DNA from: Selaginella moellendorffii
Lineage: Eukaryota > Plantae > Lycopodiophyta
NCBI RefSeq assembly: GCF_000143415.4
Contig: NW_003314377.1
Span: 186,001 to 250,000 of the forward strand
Length of the DNA: 64,000 nt
Direction of reading: 5' to 3'
Both the position numbers and the translations under genes were made by a program. Shown piece after piece: positions 46,788 through 60,048 of the stretch (its first letter is position 1; the number at the start of each line of letters is the position of its first letter). The notes below the pieces were generated by a model that saw only the letters and a list, made by a program, of their open reading frames with translations, made no database searches and was not told the DNA's origin.

Positions 46788-49700
46788 TGTCACGAATGTG
46801 ACTTCGGGTATCGAAAGTTACTTGTCGGCTACTCCTTACGGACACTCTTTCCTTACTACCATGATGGCAGGAGGTTGGTATTGCTAGACCCATTATCAGT
46901 TCCCACTTGAGCTAGTTGAGAAACTGGTCATTGACCGTGCACTTAAATCGGATAAACATAATGTAAGAACTCCTATGTGTTTTTTGCTAAGCATACTTGG
47001 CCCGGTTTTAGAAACTCCTGTCATTGGCTTGCACTTACTAGTATAAAAAACCCCCGCAATATTGAGCTTGGTCCCTCAATATTCGCTAAATGATAGCTTA
47101 CCATGTCTGCCAAACACCCTTGCTATCATGCCCTTTGTGTTAGTCTCATTTCGGTCCCAAATGCTATTTATGGAAAGTGTCTAGATTTGCTCATTTGGCA
47201 TATCTACAGAATGTAGAGATTGGCCTGAACACAATGGTGTTTGTCCCGTGTCCAAATTCGCATTTTAGCACCATTCCATATTTAGCACGTTTCGAGCTTG
47301 TCCCAGAGACTAACTCCTAATACTAAAGGAGGCTTGGGGTGAAAGCCCAAAGCATGTGTTCCTCAGGGTGGGGGGTTTCAAATGTATAGTAGGGATAGTG
47401 GGTAGCTTAGGCATGGCCGACCAACCTAAGGCATAATCTAGCCCCCGCTTGTGTGCCTATCTTTGTTCTGTGTTTGGCTTGGGTCTAAGCCCAATTTCCA
47501 TTCCATGCTAGTTGGTGGAGTACCTATGTCCTTGCGTTAGGCCACCGGTATGCCGAAATAGCGCTAGACTCCGTTTGGCTCCGTTTTACGTGTTGGTCTT
47601 GGCATTGGGATGTTAGTTACTCTAGGACTGTTCTAAGTCGCTTTGTTGTAGCGCACGTGGTTTTGACCCTTTATCCTATGGTGATTTACCATAGGATAAC
47701 ACCATGAAGCGGAACCTAAACCCTCTTTGTGCCACGTGACAGATGCCATGTGTCACATGCCACGTGTCCATAGGAACCCAAGGTTCAGGACCTTGGGCCA
47801 CTGAACCAGTGAACGGTGCCAAACTCCCAAGCGTGGAGCCAAGGAGTGATGGAACCGAACCACGGAGCAACTCCCGAGCATACAGCCCAAGGAGCGAAGG
47901 GACAGGGGCCCGGAGCGACTTGGAACAGTCTTGGAGCAACCAGCATCCCAATGCCAGGACCAGCACGCAAAACGGAGCCAAACGGAGTCTGGCGCTATTT
48001 CAGCATACCGGTGGCCTAACGTGAGGATATGGGTACTCCACCAGCTAGCATGGAATGGAACTTGGGCTTAGACCTAAGCCGGACGCAGAACAAGGACAGG
48101 CACGCAAGTGGGAGCTAGACTATGCCTCAGGTTGGTCGGCCATGCCCAACCTACCCACTATCCCTACTATACATTTGGAACCCCCCATACCCCCCCCCCC
48201 CCCCCTTGAGGAACACACGCTTTGGGCTTTCACCCCAAGCCTCCCTTAGTATCAGGAGTTAGTCTCTGGGACAAGCTCAAAACTTACTAAATATGGAATG
48301 TCCTTAGATTGCGAATTTGGACACGGGACGAACACCATTGTGTTCAGGACGATCTCTACATTCTGTAAATATGCCAAATGAGCAAATCTGGACACTTTCC
48401 ATAAATAGCATCTGGGACGAATTGAGACTAACACCAAGGGCATGATAGCGAGGGTGTTTGGCAGACACGATAAGCTATCATCTAGCGATGTTGAGGGACC
48501 AAGCTCAATATCGCGGGGGTTCCCAACACTAGCAAGTGCAAGTCAACGAATGAGTTTCTCTAACCAGGTCAAGTATGCTTGACTAATAGCACTTAGGAAT
48601 TCCGTCCTTATGCCCATCTGGTCAAGTGCACATGCGAGGACAAGTTTCTCAACTAGCTTAGGTGGAGACTAATAACGGGTCCAGCAATACCGACCTCCTG
48701 CCGTCATGGCAGTAAGGTAAGAGTGTCCGTAAGGACTGGCCGACAGGTAACTTTCGATACCCGAAGTCACATTCGTGACACTCTCCCCCCCTTGGGAAAA
48801 TCGACGTCCTCATCGATGCACACTCGAGTCTAGAATACTGCCAAGGAAACAACTCCAGAAAAAGTTCACGGTACTCACACTATGTGAGAAATGCACCAAC
48901 TTAAATGAGTTAAGGGGGCAACCTCTTTGTCTAACGCGGATGCACTACCAGCTCAGACACCTTCCGGCCGTCGCCGACAAGGAAATGACCAACACAGTTA
49001 GCCATCCTTGCTGCTCTGGGAGTCACCCAGCTTACAAAAGTGTGATATGCCCCTGCCCGCAGGAACATAGAGAGAGAAGCCAGAGGCCCTAACCCTCCTA
49101 AGCAAAGAAACCAAACCCGTCGGTAAGGTTTAGATAGACTATTGTAAACAGGCAGTTAGAGTTGTTTACACGGTCACGCCCCTTTTTAATGGAATAAGGA
49201 ACATCGACAAGGAGGCGGGTTATGTGACCAGTCGACAGTAGCTACCCCATGACTAGAGATTTCAACATGCACACGAAGTGCCGAATCCAGTCTGCCTATA
49301 CTGGCCCAAACTCAAAGATCAATATATAGGGACTATATCAAAGTCATAAACAATGATATCTTAGAGATTAATTATCAGTGAATAAAGCTTAGATGAGAAC
49401 ACAAATGTATTCCAAGTAAGTTATCATCTGATAAACTAGTATTATAGTATAGGAACCACCAAGATCACTATAATTGGTAAACATAGGAATCACCATCCAA
49501 CAAAATTCAATAGCAAGTATATCATCAAGTAAACTCAATGATAAAACTTAACTACCGAAGATAGCAGACAATAAGCCAACAACTTACTAGAGATAACTCA
49601 AAGAACACAAAGTATCATTGACTAACAAGCACAATGCTCACGAATGTATCACCCGAAGGAAATAACATCCTAATCTATAAGAACTAACTCGAGCAATAAT

Positions 49701-52700
49701 CAACAGAAGAGAATGAATGTAGTAAGACCAACAAACACTCATGCCTGCCAACTATCACAAAAGCCAATCTGAATAAATCCCAGCCAACAATACCAAGGAA
49801 CTCAAGTTGCCTAAGCAAGTGTCAGTAACATCCTACTGACGTCTTAAACCCAAGAGACCAATCCAGAGCAAACCACAAAGAACATGTGGTATTGCGAAAA
49901 GCCAAAAGCCATCAAAGAGAACAACCAACTATCATGAAAGATCGTCAATTAGCCCATCAATGTAGTGATGTATAATCATCGTTGAAGAAAGAATCTACCA
50001 TCCCAAAGAATAGCAAATAATTCCAAACCAACAATAATCAAGCAAAACTTGTGATAAGGACAATCAACTACCCTAGATGATAATCAATCATCACTAATGA
50101 TTGCCAGATGCAAAGCCAACTTCAACATCGAAGCCAATGGGCCAAAATGCCTTCCTCAACAACTTCTAACAAATGGAACAATGAGCATAAAACTCAAAGA
50201 ACCAAAGCTCGAAGAAGCCTATAGCCAAGTCTTGCCTAACAATGATCACAAGTCTCGCACGAACTAACTTCAATGCTAAAGAAGAAATCATGGTAGAACC
50301 ACAATATCCCCTTCATTACATCCATAAGCTAAACTTTATAATGCTAAAGCTAATGAAGAGCATGTCTGCATCAATCCAAAAGCTAAGCATAACGAAGCTA
50401 TGCTTAACAAGTGATCATCAAACGATCCTCCATGAATCCATCTATAGCAAGACGTAATTCACTTCATAACAAGCACAAGAAGAATCATCAATGATAGATA
50501 TAGTCCAACTCAAATCCAATAGGGACTCAAATTGTTTAATATCGAACACTAATTCTTCCTCTCGTGAAGTTAGCATAGTTCACGACTAAATCATTTTTCA
50601 AGGAAAAGCTAAAGCTCAACCCCTACTAAACAATCTCATCTAGAACACAACTAACTCAACTTGCTAGTCAGTTCTTTTGAACGTCAACACAGTTGCTAAC
50701 TAGCAAATGCACGAATGCCAATAACACAAAGCTATAGCCAAATCATCAACATTATATTCATCAAGACTAATGAAACTTAATATCAATCCTTGGAAGGATA
50801 TCTCATTTCACTCAGATCTCAATATCAACAATATCAATGACAAGGCATCACTTCAATGCCATCAACATTAGGACAAAGCTAGAAGAAAGCAAGAGTGAAT
50901 CACCATTCGGAGCTTTCCAGCAACCAAGCTAACCAAAGTCGAAGATACTATACTTAGTATCCGAGACCAATCCTTCAGCAATACTCAGTTACAGATAACA
51001 CTTCATCAAAGAGTGATTCACCACGTCCAAGACTCAATGAAATCTAACACCACGAACTAAACGCAACCAAATGATATCAACAAAGATAGAGTCGACATGC
51101 CAACATGGAAAACCCATGTAAGTCTAACGACACGATCCTCCGCAACACCATCGGGTAAAGCAAGCCCATCACTGCTAAATCATCATCGAGCAAAGCAAGT
51201 ATCAACAGTCTTTTTGACAAAGTCTACAAGTAATCACTAGTCGCAAAGCAACTAACAATCACCCTTCAACTTGCCTTCACAAGACCCGAGCACTAACTCA
51301 TGTCATCGAGTTACATACTTCTCCAACATGAACATAATACCCCAGGTACGAGATAAAAGTTCATAGACAAACACAAACTAAATAACCACTCGAATCCAAC
51401 TCAACCGCAATAAGCTCATTAATGCATTTAGTCAATAGCTCTGAGCATGCCTTGAAGAGGCTAGCTATGTGATCAACACTCAGTCGAAACTAAAGTGAAG
51501 ACCATGAGATGGACTCATATCGGTACACAACCTCCTTATAGACAAAGCTATAGTACAGGTACTAACATCTCAACCTCAAACAACTAAGTTAGACATCACC
51601 ATCCTCAGCCAAGGCGCAGGGCTACCAAGACTAAGTCAAGATCAGTGAGAGCTCACTACTCTCATAGAGTCTAAACAAAATGCAAGGTGCAACCTGCCAC
51701 CGAGTATAATGCTACAAAAGAAAGGCACAAAGGTCACCCTTTTGAGAAAAGTGCAACGACCACTTTTCTACACCAACTCCAGACTCTATCCAACTCAATT
51801 GCCTTAGCCCCAAAAGTTAGCATCCTTTTCAGGTTGCATCATACAAACTACCTACCAAGGTCTAAGTTAACCAAAGTCAACTCCAACCCCTTCACTAGTT
51901 TGTACTGGCCTTCGAAAACGGAATGGTTTTCGGACAAAATGATCAATAGATCAGCCATTGGAAAAGTCTAAGAAAATTTGTGGAAAATTTCCCATCCTAG
52001 AGAAAGAATGACTCTCAGTCCAGGATTGCAAACTTTCAAGACTCAATCAACTTCCTCCTACTAACAACTTCACATAGGCTCACCTCAACACAAATTCTCA
52101 TGATCGAACAACATGCTTAAGCATTGAACATCTTTGCCCATATAACCAACATCCAACACTGACATCCGCAAAGTGCAAAATGAACATCCAAGGCTTGATC
52201 ACGAAGACCACATCTTCGGATATCCACATTGCACTAACACTCTTCTTCAACCACCTTCAAGATCCAATGTGAAGCCAAAACACTAACAAGAAAAATGACA
52301 TGGAAAATCAAGTTTTAAGGAAACTTCCTCATCACTTGAAATAACAATGCCACCTCCACTAACACAAGTGCTAGTGATGTCAATGCCCCAACTATACATC
52401 TTCTCCATCCAACAATCTACTCCAAGTGCTAACAGATCAACCAACAAGCCATAGCAAATGAATGCTATAACCTTTTTCCAACATCTTAATGGGCGAACTC
52501 TAGTAAACAAGGTACCTACTTAAGCTTAGCATAATGAACCACCATCGAGAATCCAGTCAAAGCTACTACAATGCTACTTCGTGCAAGTAGACTAGCTTCT
52601 CCATCAACCACTTTGGGGTTGATCATCATTTACCCAAGCAACTTCGTAAACACATTGCTCATTATCACATGGATATGATATAAATCACAATGACTTGATC

Positions 52701-55157
52701 ATCAATTGAGTAACGCAATGAGCAAGGCTTATGTCATTACTTCAAACATTTATGTGAGTATCAAATGCCAACTCGATTCGACAAAATGCAACATAAATGC
52801 CACACTCCACCAATAGAGATTTACAACACTCAACACCACTAACTTTTGTTCATAACACAGACAAGCTTATGCCACTCTCTTTCCGACCAATCTCAAAACT
52901 ATTCCAACACCAAGCTACTCAAGGAGCAATAGCAAGGTTCCCCGGAAAAGAATTGAGCATTGCAACCCAAGTCTTCCAATAGCAAGCTTAGATAAAATGG
53001 TTTAGTGCTTCACCGCTATCCATCCCACAACTCACCATTGTAAAACCACCATCTCCAACATGCATCAAGATAGGGACTCTTGATTGCATGATGTGAACAC
53101 AAACAATGAGTTAACACCTCGTTGCAAATCATCTCTCCAAGAAGAGAAGATGATTTACGTATTTGATCCTCCGTCCTCGATGACTCTCTTTTCGGTCTCA
53201 TCTTTGACCAAACCTCAAGCTTGCTTTCGCACTGCCTTCAGTTCAATCCAAGAAAAGTTTACAAGAGAGCACGGCAATGATTACTTGAACCAATAGACTA
53301 TTCCTTACAATCTTGATTGATCCAATTATAATCATGCCTAGGAAGGATCCACTAGTGCCGTGCTAAATAGCTACAGACCAGCCTATTTGCCACTCATAGC
53401 AAACTCAGGGAAAGTTTACTTTCACCCATGGTACATGGAACAACTCATGGAACCACCGATAGGCTAACATTAATCCTGCTAACTCAAAGTGTAACCTCGA
53501 GTTGCTAATGCACCTCACTCACGAGCCCAAGCACAAACTCGTGTAATGGAACAACTCAGTCCACCCTATGAGCCCAAGAGCAAGCTCACATAATATGGAA
53601 CAAAAAGGTAACCAAAACCTATCCCAAGGAACCAATGTGAAGTCTTTGCACCAAAACGTGTACCCACTCAGATCATCGTTTTCATCTCTGCGTATGCAAC
53701 GAGACTAGTTGCCCAATCTCATTGGATAGTTCTCGCTGAGACTCTACCTCTGATACTAAGTGTAGCGCACGTGGTTTTGACCCTTTATCCTATGGTGATT
53801 TACCATAGGATAACACCACGAAGCGGAACCTAAACCCTCTTTGTGCCACGTGACAGATGCCATGTGTCACATGCCACGTGTCCATGCCATGTGTCCATAG
53901 GAACCCAAGGTTCAGGGCCTTGGGCCACTGAACCAGCGAACGGTGCCAAACTCCCAAGCGTGGAGCCAAGGAGTGATGGAACCGAACCATGGAGCAACTC
54001 CCGAGCATACAGCCCAAGGAGCGAAGGGACAGGGGCCCGGAGCGACTTGGAACAGTCCTGGAGCAACCAGCATCCCAATGCCAGGACCAACACGCAAAAC
54101 GGAGCCAAACGGAGTCTGGCGCTATTTCAGCATACCGGTGGCCTAACGTGAGGATATGGGTACTCCACCAGCTAGCATGGAATGGAACTTGGGCTTAGAC
54201 CCAAGCCGGACGCAGAACAAGGACAGGCACGCAAGCGGGAGCTATACTATGCCTCAGGTTGGTCGGCCATGCCCGACCTACCCACTATCCCTACTATACA
54301 TTTGGAACCCCCCATACCCCCCCCTTGAGGAACACATGCTTTGGGCTTTCACCCCAAGCCTCCCTTAGTATCAGGAGTTAGTCTCTTGGATAAGCTCAAA
54401 ACTTACTAAATATGGAATGTCCTTAGATTGCGAATTTGGACACGGGACGAACACCATTGTGTTCAGGATGATCTCTACATTCTGTAGATATGCCAAATGA
54501 GCAAATCTGGACACTTTCCATAAATAGCATCTGGGACGAATTGAGACTAACACAAAGGGCATGATAGCGAGGGTGTTTGGCAGACACGGTAAGCTATTAT
54601 CTAGCGATGTTGAGGGACCAAGCTCAATATCGCGGGGGTTCCCAACACTAGCAAGTGCAAGTCAACGAATGAGTTTCTCTAACCAGGTCAAGTATAATAG
54701 CACTTAGGAATTCCGTCCTTATGCCCATCTGGTCAAGTGCACACGCGAGGACCAGTTTCTCAACTAGCTTAGGTGGAGACTAATAACGGGTCCAGCAATA
54801 CCGACCTCCTGCCGTCATGGCAGTAAGGTAAGAGTGTCTGTAAGGACTGCCCGACAGGTAACTTTCGATACCCGAAGTCACATTCGCGACACTTGTGCCC
54901 TTGTTCCTTCGCTCCTTGGGCTTTATGCTCGAGAGTTGCTCTGTGGTTTGGTTCATTCGCTCCTTGGCTCCATGCTTGGGAGTTTGGCACTGTTCCTTCG
55001 TTTAATGGCCCAAGGCCTTGAAACTCGGGTTCCACACCACATTCTTTTGGACATGTGGCATGTGACACATGGCATATGAAGGGTTTAAGTTCCACTTCGT
55101 GGTGTTATCCTATAGTAAATCACTATAGGATAAAGGGTCAAAACCACATGCGCTACA
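46788..55157 (+). mobile_element. Older solo LTR (46788-47646 + 54897-55157) interrupted by a same-family element
   Basis: Starts TGTCACGAATG and ends GCGCTACA. Flanks are TTGAT/TTGAC (5-bp TSD with 1 mismatch). Confidence 0.9.
47647..54891 (-). mobile_element. Non-autonomous LTR retrotransposon (probably Ty3/gypsy-derived); LTRs 47647-48780 and 53761-54891
   Basis: About 1.13-kb, highly similar TG..CA LTRs. PBS-like TAGTATCAGAG (tRNA-iMet, 1 mismatch) follows the 5' LTR and the PPT AAGGGGGGGAGAG precedes the 3' LTR. TSD is TTTGT/CTTGT. The 5-kb interior has no long ORF. Confidence 0.93.
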
Positions 55158-57170
55158 TTGACTTTGTGAAAGAGGTGGAATTGGAGATCAAAGTTCTCAC
55201 AAAACTCAAAAGCAAAGAAAAAAGTGGTGTAATTTAGCTAGTGGGGGTATTCAATGATAAAGAATACTATCATTTAATTACAAAGTTGTGTCAATGTTTG
55301 TTAATGTTGAAAGACAAGAAGAAGTTAAGTTAGTCATGGTGATCAAGAAAGTAGTCAAGACCATGGGTGAGATGCACAACATGTATATAACTCACAGGGA
55401 TATCAAAACATCTTCCTAGAGTTTAATAAAGTTGTTTGATAGTATGAAGTTGACAAACTTTAGACTGTGTTGTTGCAAGAGGGGCCACAGGTAAAATTTA
55501 AAATAAGAATAAAAGGCTAAGTTGGGATAGAGGCATAAAATGGCCTAGAGATAGTGGTTCTTGATGATGATGAGTATGACAAGATGGTAGATGAGTGGGG
55601 TGTGGGCATTGTCTGGGAAGCTTGCATTCTAGGGAAGAGCATCCATGGGTCGTCAAGCATTCAGAGCTAAACTTATTTTTTAATAATGTTTTAGCATTTT
55701 ATTCTTAGTTTGCTTTAGAAAATCTACTTGTAATGCACATTCCTAAATTTTTTAAGTATATTCTAGAAATGTTTTTAATTCTGTGATTTTATAGTTTTTT
55801 TCTAATCAGGTTTATTATTTACTTGTAAAGCTTAGAAACTATATTAGAATACTAGTAATTGCTCAGAAAAATTTAATTAGTTAGCAAAACTTTTCACCAT
55901 AACATTAATTCCTTGTTTTCAAACAATTCACTTCAATTCTCTTAATTACACTATTTATCATTTTGTTATAAAAGAATCTGACAGAACCCTAAAGGCAAAA
56001 AAAATTGAGGAGAGAGAATACCCTTTTGCTTACCAATTGCAAAAATGGGAAAATTACACCTTCAGTTCATATATTAGGAAAATGAGCAATGATGCAATTT
56101 TGACAAGCTTACTTACGAGAGCTTATATGAGCTTCTGGGATAGAGCGTGATTGCTTTGGCTGACCATCATAGAGTGAGAAAAGACCTAGAGATTACTCAA
56201 TTATTAGACGTTTTAGGAAAAAGTAGTGAAAGAAGAAATACACACTAAAGTGTTAGTATTCATAATCTTAATAGTATATTTACACCATTTCTCTATGTGA
56301 AGTTTGATCTCTGGTGATGGTAGTGGTGCTCTGCAAGTCACACATGTAATCTCATATCAAAATTAAGTGGATCCTAACCAACACCCAGCAAAAGAGAGGG
56401 AGCTAAACCATGTGTTGAGAGCAAAGTATGTAGGACGATTAATTTAGGGGCAAGATAAATTGATGACATATGTTGCAATTCCATTTTTCTCCAAAATAGC
56501 AATACCTTTTTTCCATCTCAGCCAGTCTTGATTGATCATCTAAACATCAACTTAAATTTTCATACAATCATGTTTACCAAGATTAACTCTGAGACTAGGA
56601 TCTAACAACTAGTGAGCCTACCCCTTAGACTAGCAAATGCTAGGCATTTTAGAAAGAGATTTAATATAAAACCTCTTTATAGATAGTGTTAATTGTAAAA
56701 ATAAAACAAGTGAAATTTGCCAAAAGACAATTTCCAATCCATTAGATTATTGATTAATAATCTTTAAATGCATTTGACCGAGTTGGAATTTACTTGTGCT
56801 ACCACATTTTGAATGGAATTTCCATATCTTATGGCATTAGTGTGATACACATGATAAAAACTTTTATCCCTTTAAATTGCCCCATCACAATTTCATAATC
56901 TAAACCATCTAGTAGTGCAATTTTTAGAACAAAAGCCATTGCATAATCATGATGATAGAAGACATTTTTTAGGAGAATAAGAATAACACTTTATTTGAGA
57001 GAGAGTTTATGTGGTGGGAGACTAAAAGGTGTAATAAAATTTAAAAATTCTATTGGAAAGTTTTTAGAATGTTCAATGCCAACAAAAATTAACACATTCA
57101 TAAAGAAATTATTTTATTCTTCAGTTTTTTCAATCATTAAACTTAAATTAGATAAATTTGCAATTCAGGC

Positions 57171-58232
57171 ATGTCCATCATTCCTGGACTTCCAGATGAG
57201 CTGGTGTTGGAACATGTCCTGCCGTGGGTACCACCATCTGCAATGCTGACTTCCAAAGCCTTTGAGCGCAGGATTAGAGAGTTAAAGGAGAAGCGACTAC
57301 TGATTTTTGGTTGGAGTCAGGGCTTGATCTGCGGTTGCAAACTTGGCGACGTATTGAACTTCCTCCAGGAGTCAAAGCAAATTGCTTCTGTGAAGGTAGA
57401 GAGCTCTACGGCTTCTTTTCTGAAAAATTCACTCTGGAAAGATGTTGTCGGGTGCTGGCTAGATTAGATGACGATTTCTTCAGTAAGGGCAAGAAGGCTG
57501 CCTGGAACCAATTAATCCAGTGGTGTGGTAGTACATGGAAAACGTCCTACTTTTACCCGACACACCTAATCTCTGGCCAAGGAGGACATGTTCGGAAGAT
57601 CTATTTTAGCAGAGTCTCAAATTTCTTGGCAGCAACCGAGATTTATGTCCCATCCAAAGATGGTGAAGCTATCGAGTATCACAAGTTCGACCATGGAAAA
57701 TACAGCTGGATTTCCTCAAGGCTGATTGACAAGTTGGGGCTACAAGGAGATAAAAATTTTGTGTGTGTGACGAAATACCATGGTCTGTATGCTGCGGTAT
57801 GGAACGAGGCAGAGGGTCAGTTGAGTATTTGTCATGGCACTTGTCCAGCAAGCTCCAGGTCGTGGAAAACATTGTTCTACCCGTGGAACAGAGGGTTGGA
57901 CATGGATAGCCTTATCTGGGCAAAAGTTAGTGACATCCTTGACAAGTTAGTGGATTCAAAGTTGATGAGCTTGGATGCCAATACGTTTAACTCTATGGTG
58001 TTGAAGACGGATGTTTTGAAAGAGCAGAAAGCAAAGCTTAACTTTGGGATGCAATCAAAAAGATTTTATATGGGCAACAGGTAGCGGAATTGGATATCAA
58101 GTTCAGATTAACCCAAGTGGAACTAAATTCAAAAGAACTGATCTCCAAGTTGAAAGTCACCCTATTACGGAAACATGTTTAAACAACTGTGGATTGATAC
58201 GACTTTACGATGACGATGAAGATGAAGATTAG
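57171..58232 (+). pseudogene. F-box-type gene, apparently frameshifted
   Basis: Starts MSIIPGLPDELVLEHVLPWVP (F-box-like). The remaining coding-like sequence continues in other frames (57311-58084, 58044-58232). Confidence 0.6.
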
Positions 58233-59245
58233 CAAAACCAACGAACAAAAGAGAAGAAATGAATGAGCAAAGAGAAGAAAGGAACGAGCACAGAGAAGAA
58301 AACAAATAAATAGAGTTCTCCCGTGATAAAATTTGCACTCGGGGAATTTAATGAACCATCAGAATTTGATAGCTGTTAGAGGTTTTTATATGATCTTCCA
58401 ATTCCGATGGGCGAATTTACGAAAATGGACCAATCTTTCTCTCAAAAGTTTGCATCATACCTTTGTTCCAGGTCCTGACCAGGCCATCCGATTTGGAGTC
58501 CGAGCTCTGTGAATGCACCACCTCCGAGCGACGAGCATCCGGGTCCTGAAAAACCGGCATTTTAGAAAGAAAGAAAGGACGATTGGATATCAAGGAAGAG
58601 GAGATAGAGTTCATATATCCGGCACATGGCATACTGCTTGAACGAAGGCCTGGAAGATCTTTGACAAGATCAGAGGCAGGAGCCCCAGCGACGAATCCAG
58701 CCAGAAATCCCAGCAGCAGCACGGATGGACGAGGCCCTACATTATCAAAATGGCCAAGAGACAGTCTATCAAAGGGAGAGTAAATAAAGGAAGACATCCA
58801 AAAGGCCCGCGGTAAAGAATGGGTTTTTTTTCGTGTGCTCTGAGTGGGAGAACAAGATAAACTGCTTGTACTTCTCCAACGCGGTGCCTCTTTTCATCTC
58901 GGCCATTGTAAACGCTCGCGAGAGCACTCCGGGATTGGTAGGTTGAGGCCATGCAGCAGGAGTTATGGAAATGAATCCGATGACGAAGTCCTGATGGTCT
59001 GCGGCCATTTCGCTGCTGCTGCTGCTGTGTAGTCGCCCTGTGCCAGAATTCCTTTGGGGCCAGTAGCAGCAAACCCCCTTCGTAGTGTAGAGTTTACCAT
59101 GAAAGCTTGAAACTTTCCGGAACTTCTAACCTTGAGCTTGAGACAGGCACTATGTGCGCGTTTGTGATGTCCGACCAGTCCACAAGACCTCTACAAAGTA
59201 AAACTTGGCTTTGAGTACAAAACATCGAAAGAAGGATTGTAGAGA
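58230..59245 (-). pseudogene. UMPS ODCase-region fragments (58230-58300 intron minisatellite; 58925-59245 exons and introns) with unrelated sequence between
   Basis: MAADHQDFVIGFISITPAAW and the intron sequences match 26420-27020. Confidence 0.85.
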
Positions 59246-59289
59246 AACACTGGAACTTCAGGCCAAGTCACAAGCAAGAGCTCGCTAAC

Positions 59290-59770
59290 GAATTTGCAAG
59301 GATACACATTCATCATGTTTCTGGCGCGTTCTTCTTGCACAGCTCCTGTGGTTAATGCAAGAATGACCATCGATTGACCAAGAGGACTGGACATTTTCTA
59401 TGGTCCTTCCTTGGACAGGACTCCACCGCCTGGTTTGTCTTTTTAAGACACTCTTCACTCTAGAAAAAACGTAGAGCCAGAAAACGTTTCGGGTTTCTTG
59501 ATATGGAGGATTGGCAACTACTGCATAGAAATGCTGCTTGAACTTGTCCGGCAGATCTTCAGGATGGTTGTAGTTGTGTATGTGAACTCAGAACCATAAC
59601 GAGAGAAGTGATGATCATACTCAAAAGAGTAGCGCACTCACTTCCACAAAAGATTTGCATCGCAAGCATAGCAATAATTAAGAAAAATTCTAAGAAGTTC
59701 CATAAACCTTAACCCTAAAACAGTCCAAAGGTAAAGATGTGATTTGATGCTTGCGATGCGAATATGATTC
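59290..59770 (-). pseudogene. EEF1A lysine methyltransferase 1 (N6AMT2)-like remnant
   Basis: FEYDHHFSRYGSEFTY / YNHPEDLPDKFKQHFYAVVANPPY / LTTGAVQEERARNMMNVYPC, with frameshifts. Confidence 0.7.
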
Positions 59771-60048
59771 CAAGCATTGGAATGTGATGACGTGCCGGAG
59801 GAAAAAAACCTTTGTGGCTTATCTAAGGATAAAGCGGCATTCCTCGGCCACAAAGCCCAGCGGACGGTCACGATTGGCGCTTCGCGCCATTCAAAGGCGG
59901 TGACCGCCGGAGACTATGAGCCACTCGTCCCGGCCATCTCCAGCCGTTCATTTGCCCTGGTTATTATCATAACCCCCCATGGTAATCTAATGCCAGCGGA
60001 CTTCTTAAGGAGAGTGAGAAGGGAATAGTCTAGGCTAAGCTCGAGGCC

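Larger units (their letters stand above)
46675..55612 (+). pseudogene. Ser/Thr protein kinase pseudogene split by the LTR nest (46675-46787 and 55158-55612)
   Basis: ELGKGGQAIVY lies left of the insertion. KEVELEIKVL, ITHRDIK, MKLTNF and YDKMVDEWGVG lie to the right, in kinase subdomain order. Confidence 0.7.

Noticed and set aside
47676-48443. Several short ORFs duplicated at 53790-54562
   Set aside because: They lie within the LTRs, so their conservation reflects LTR identity.
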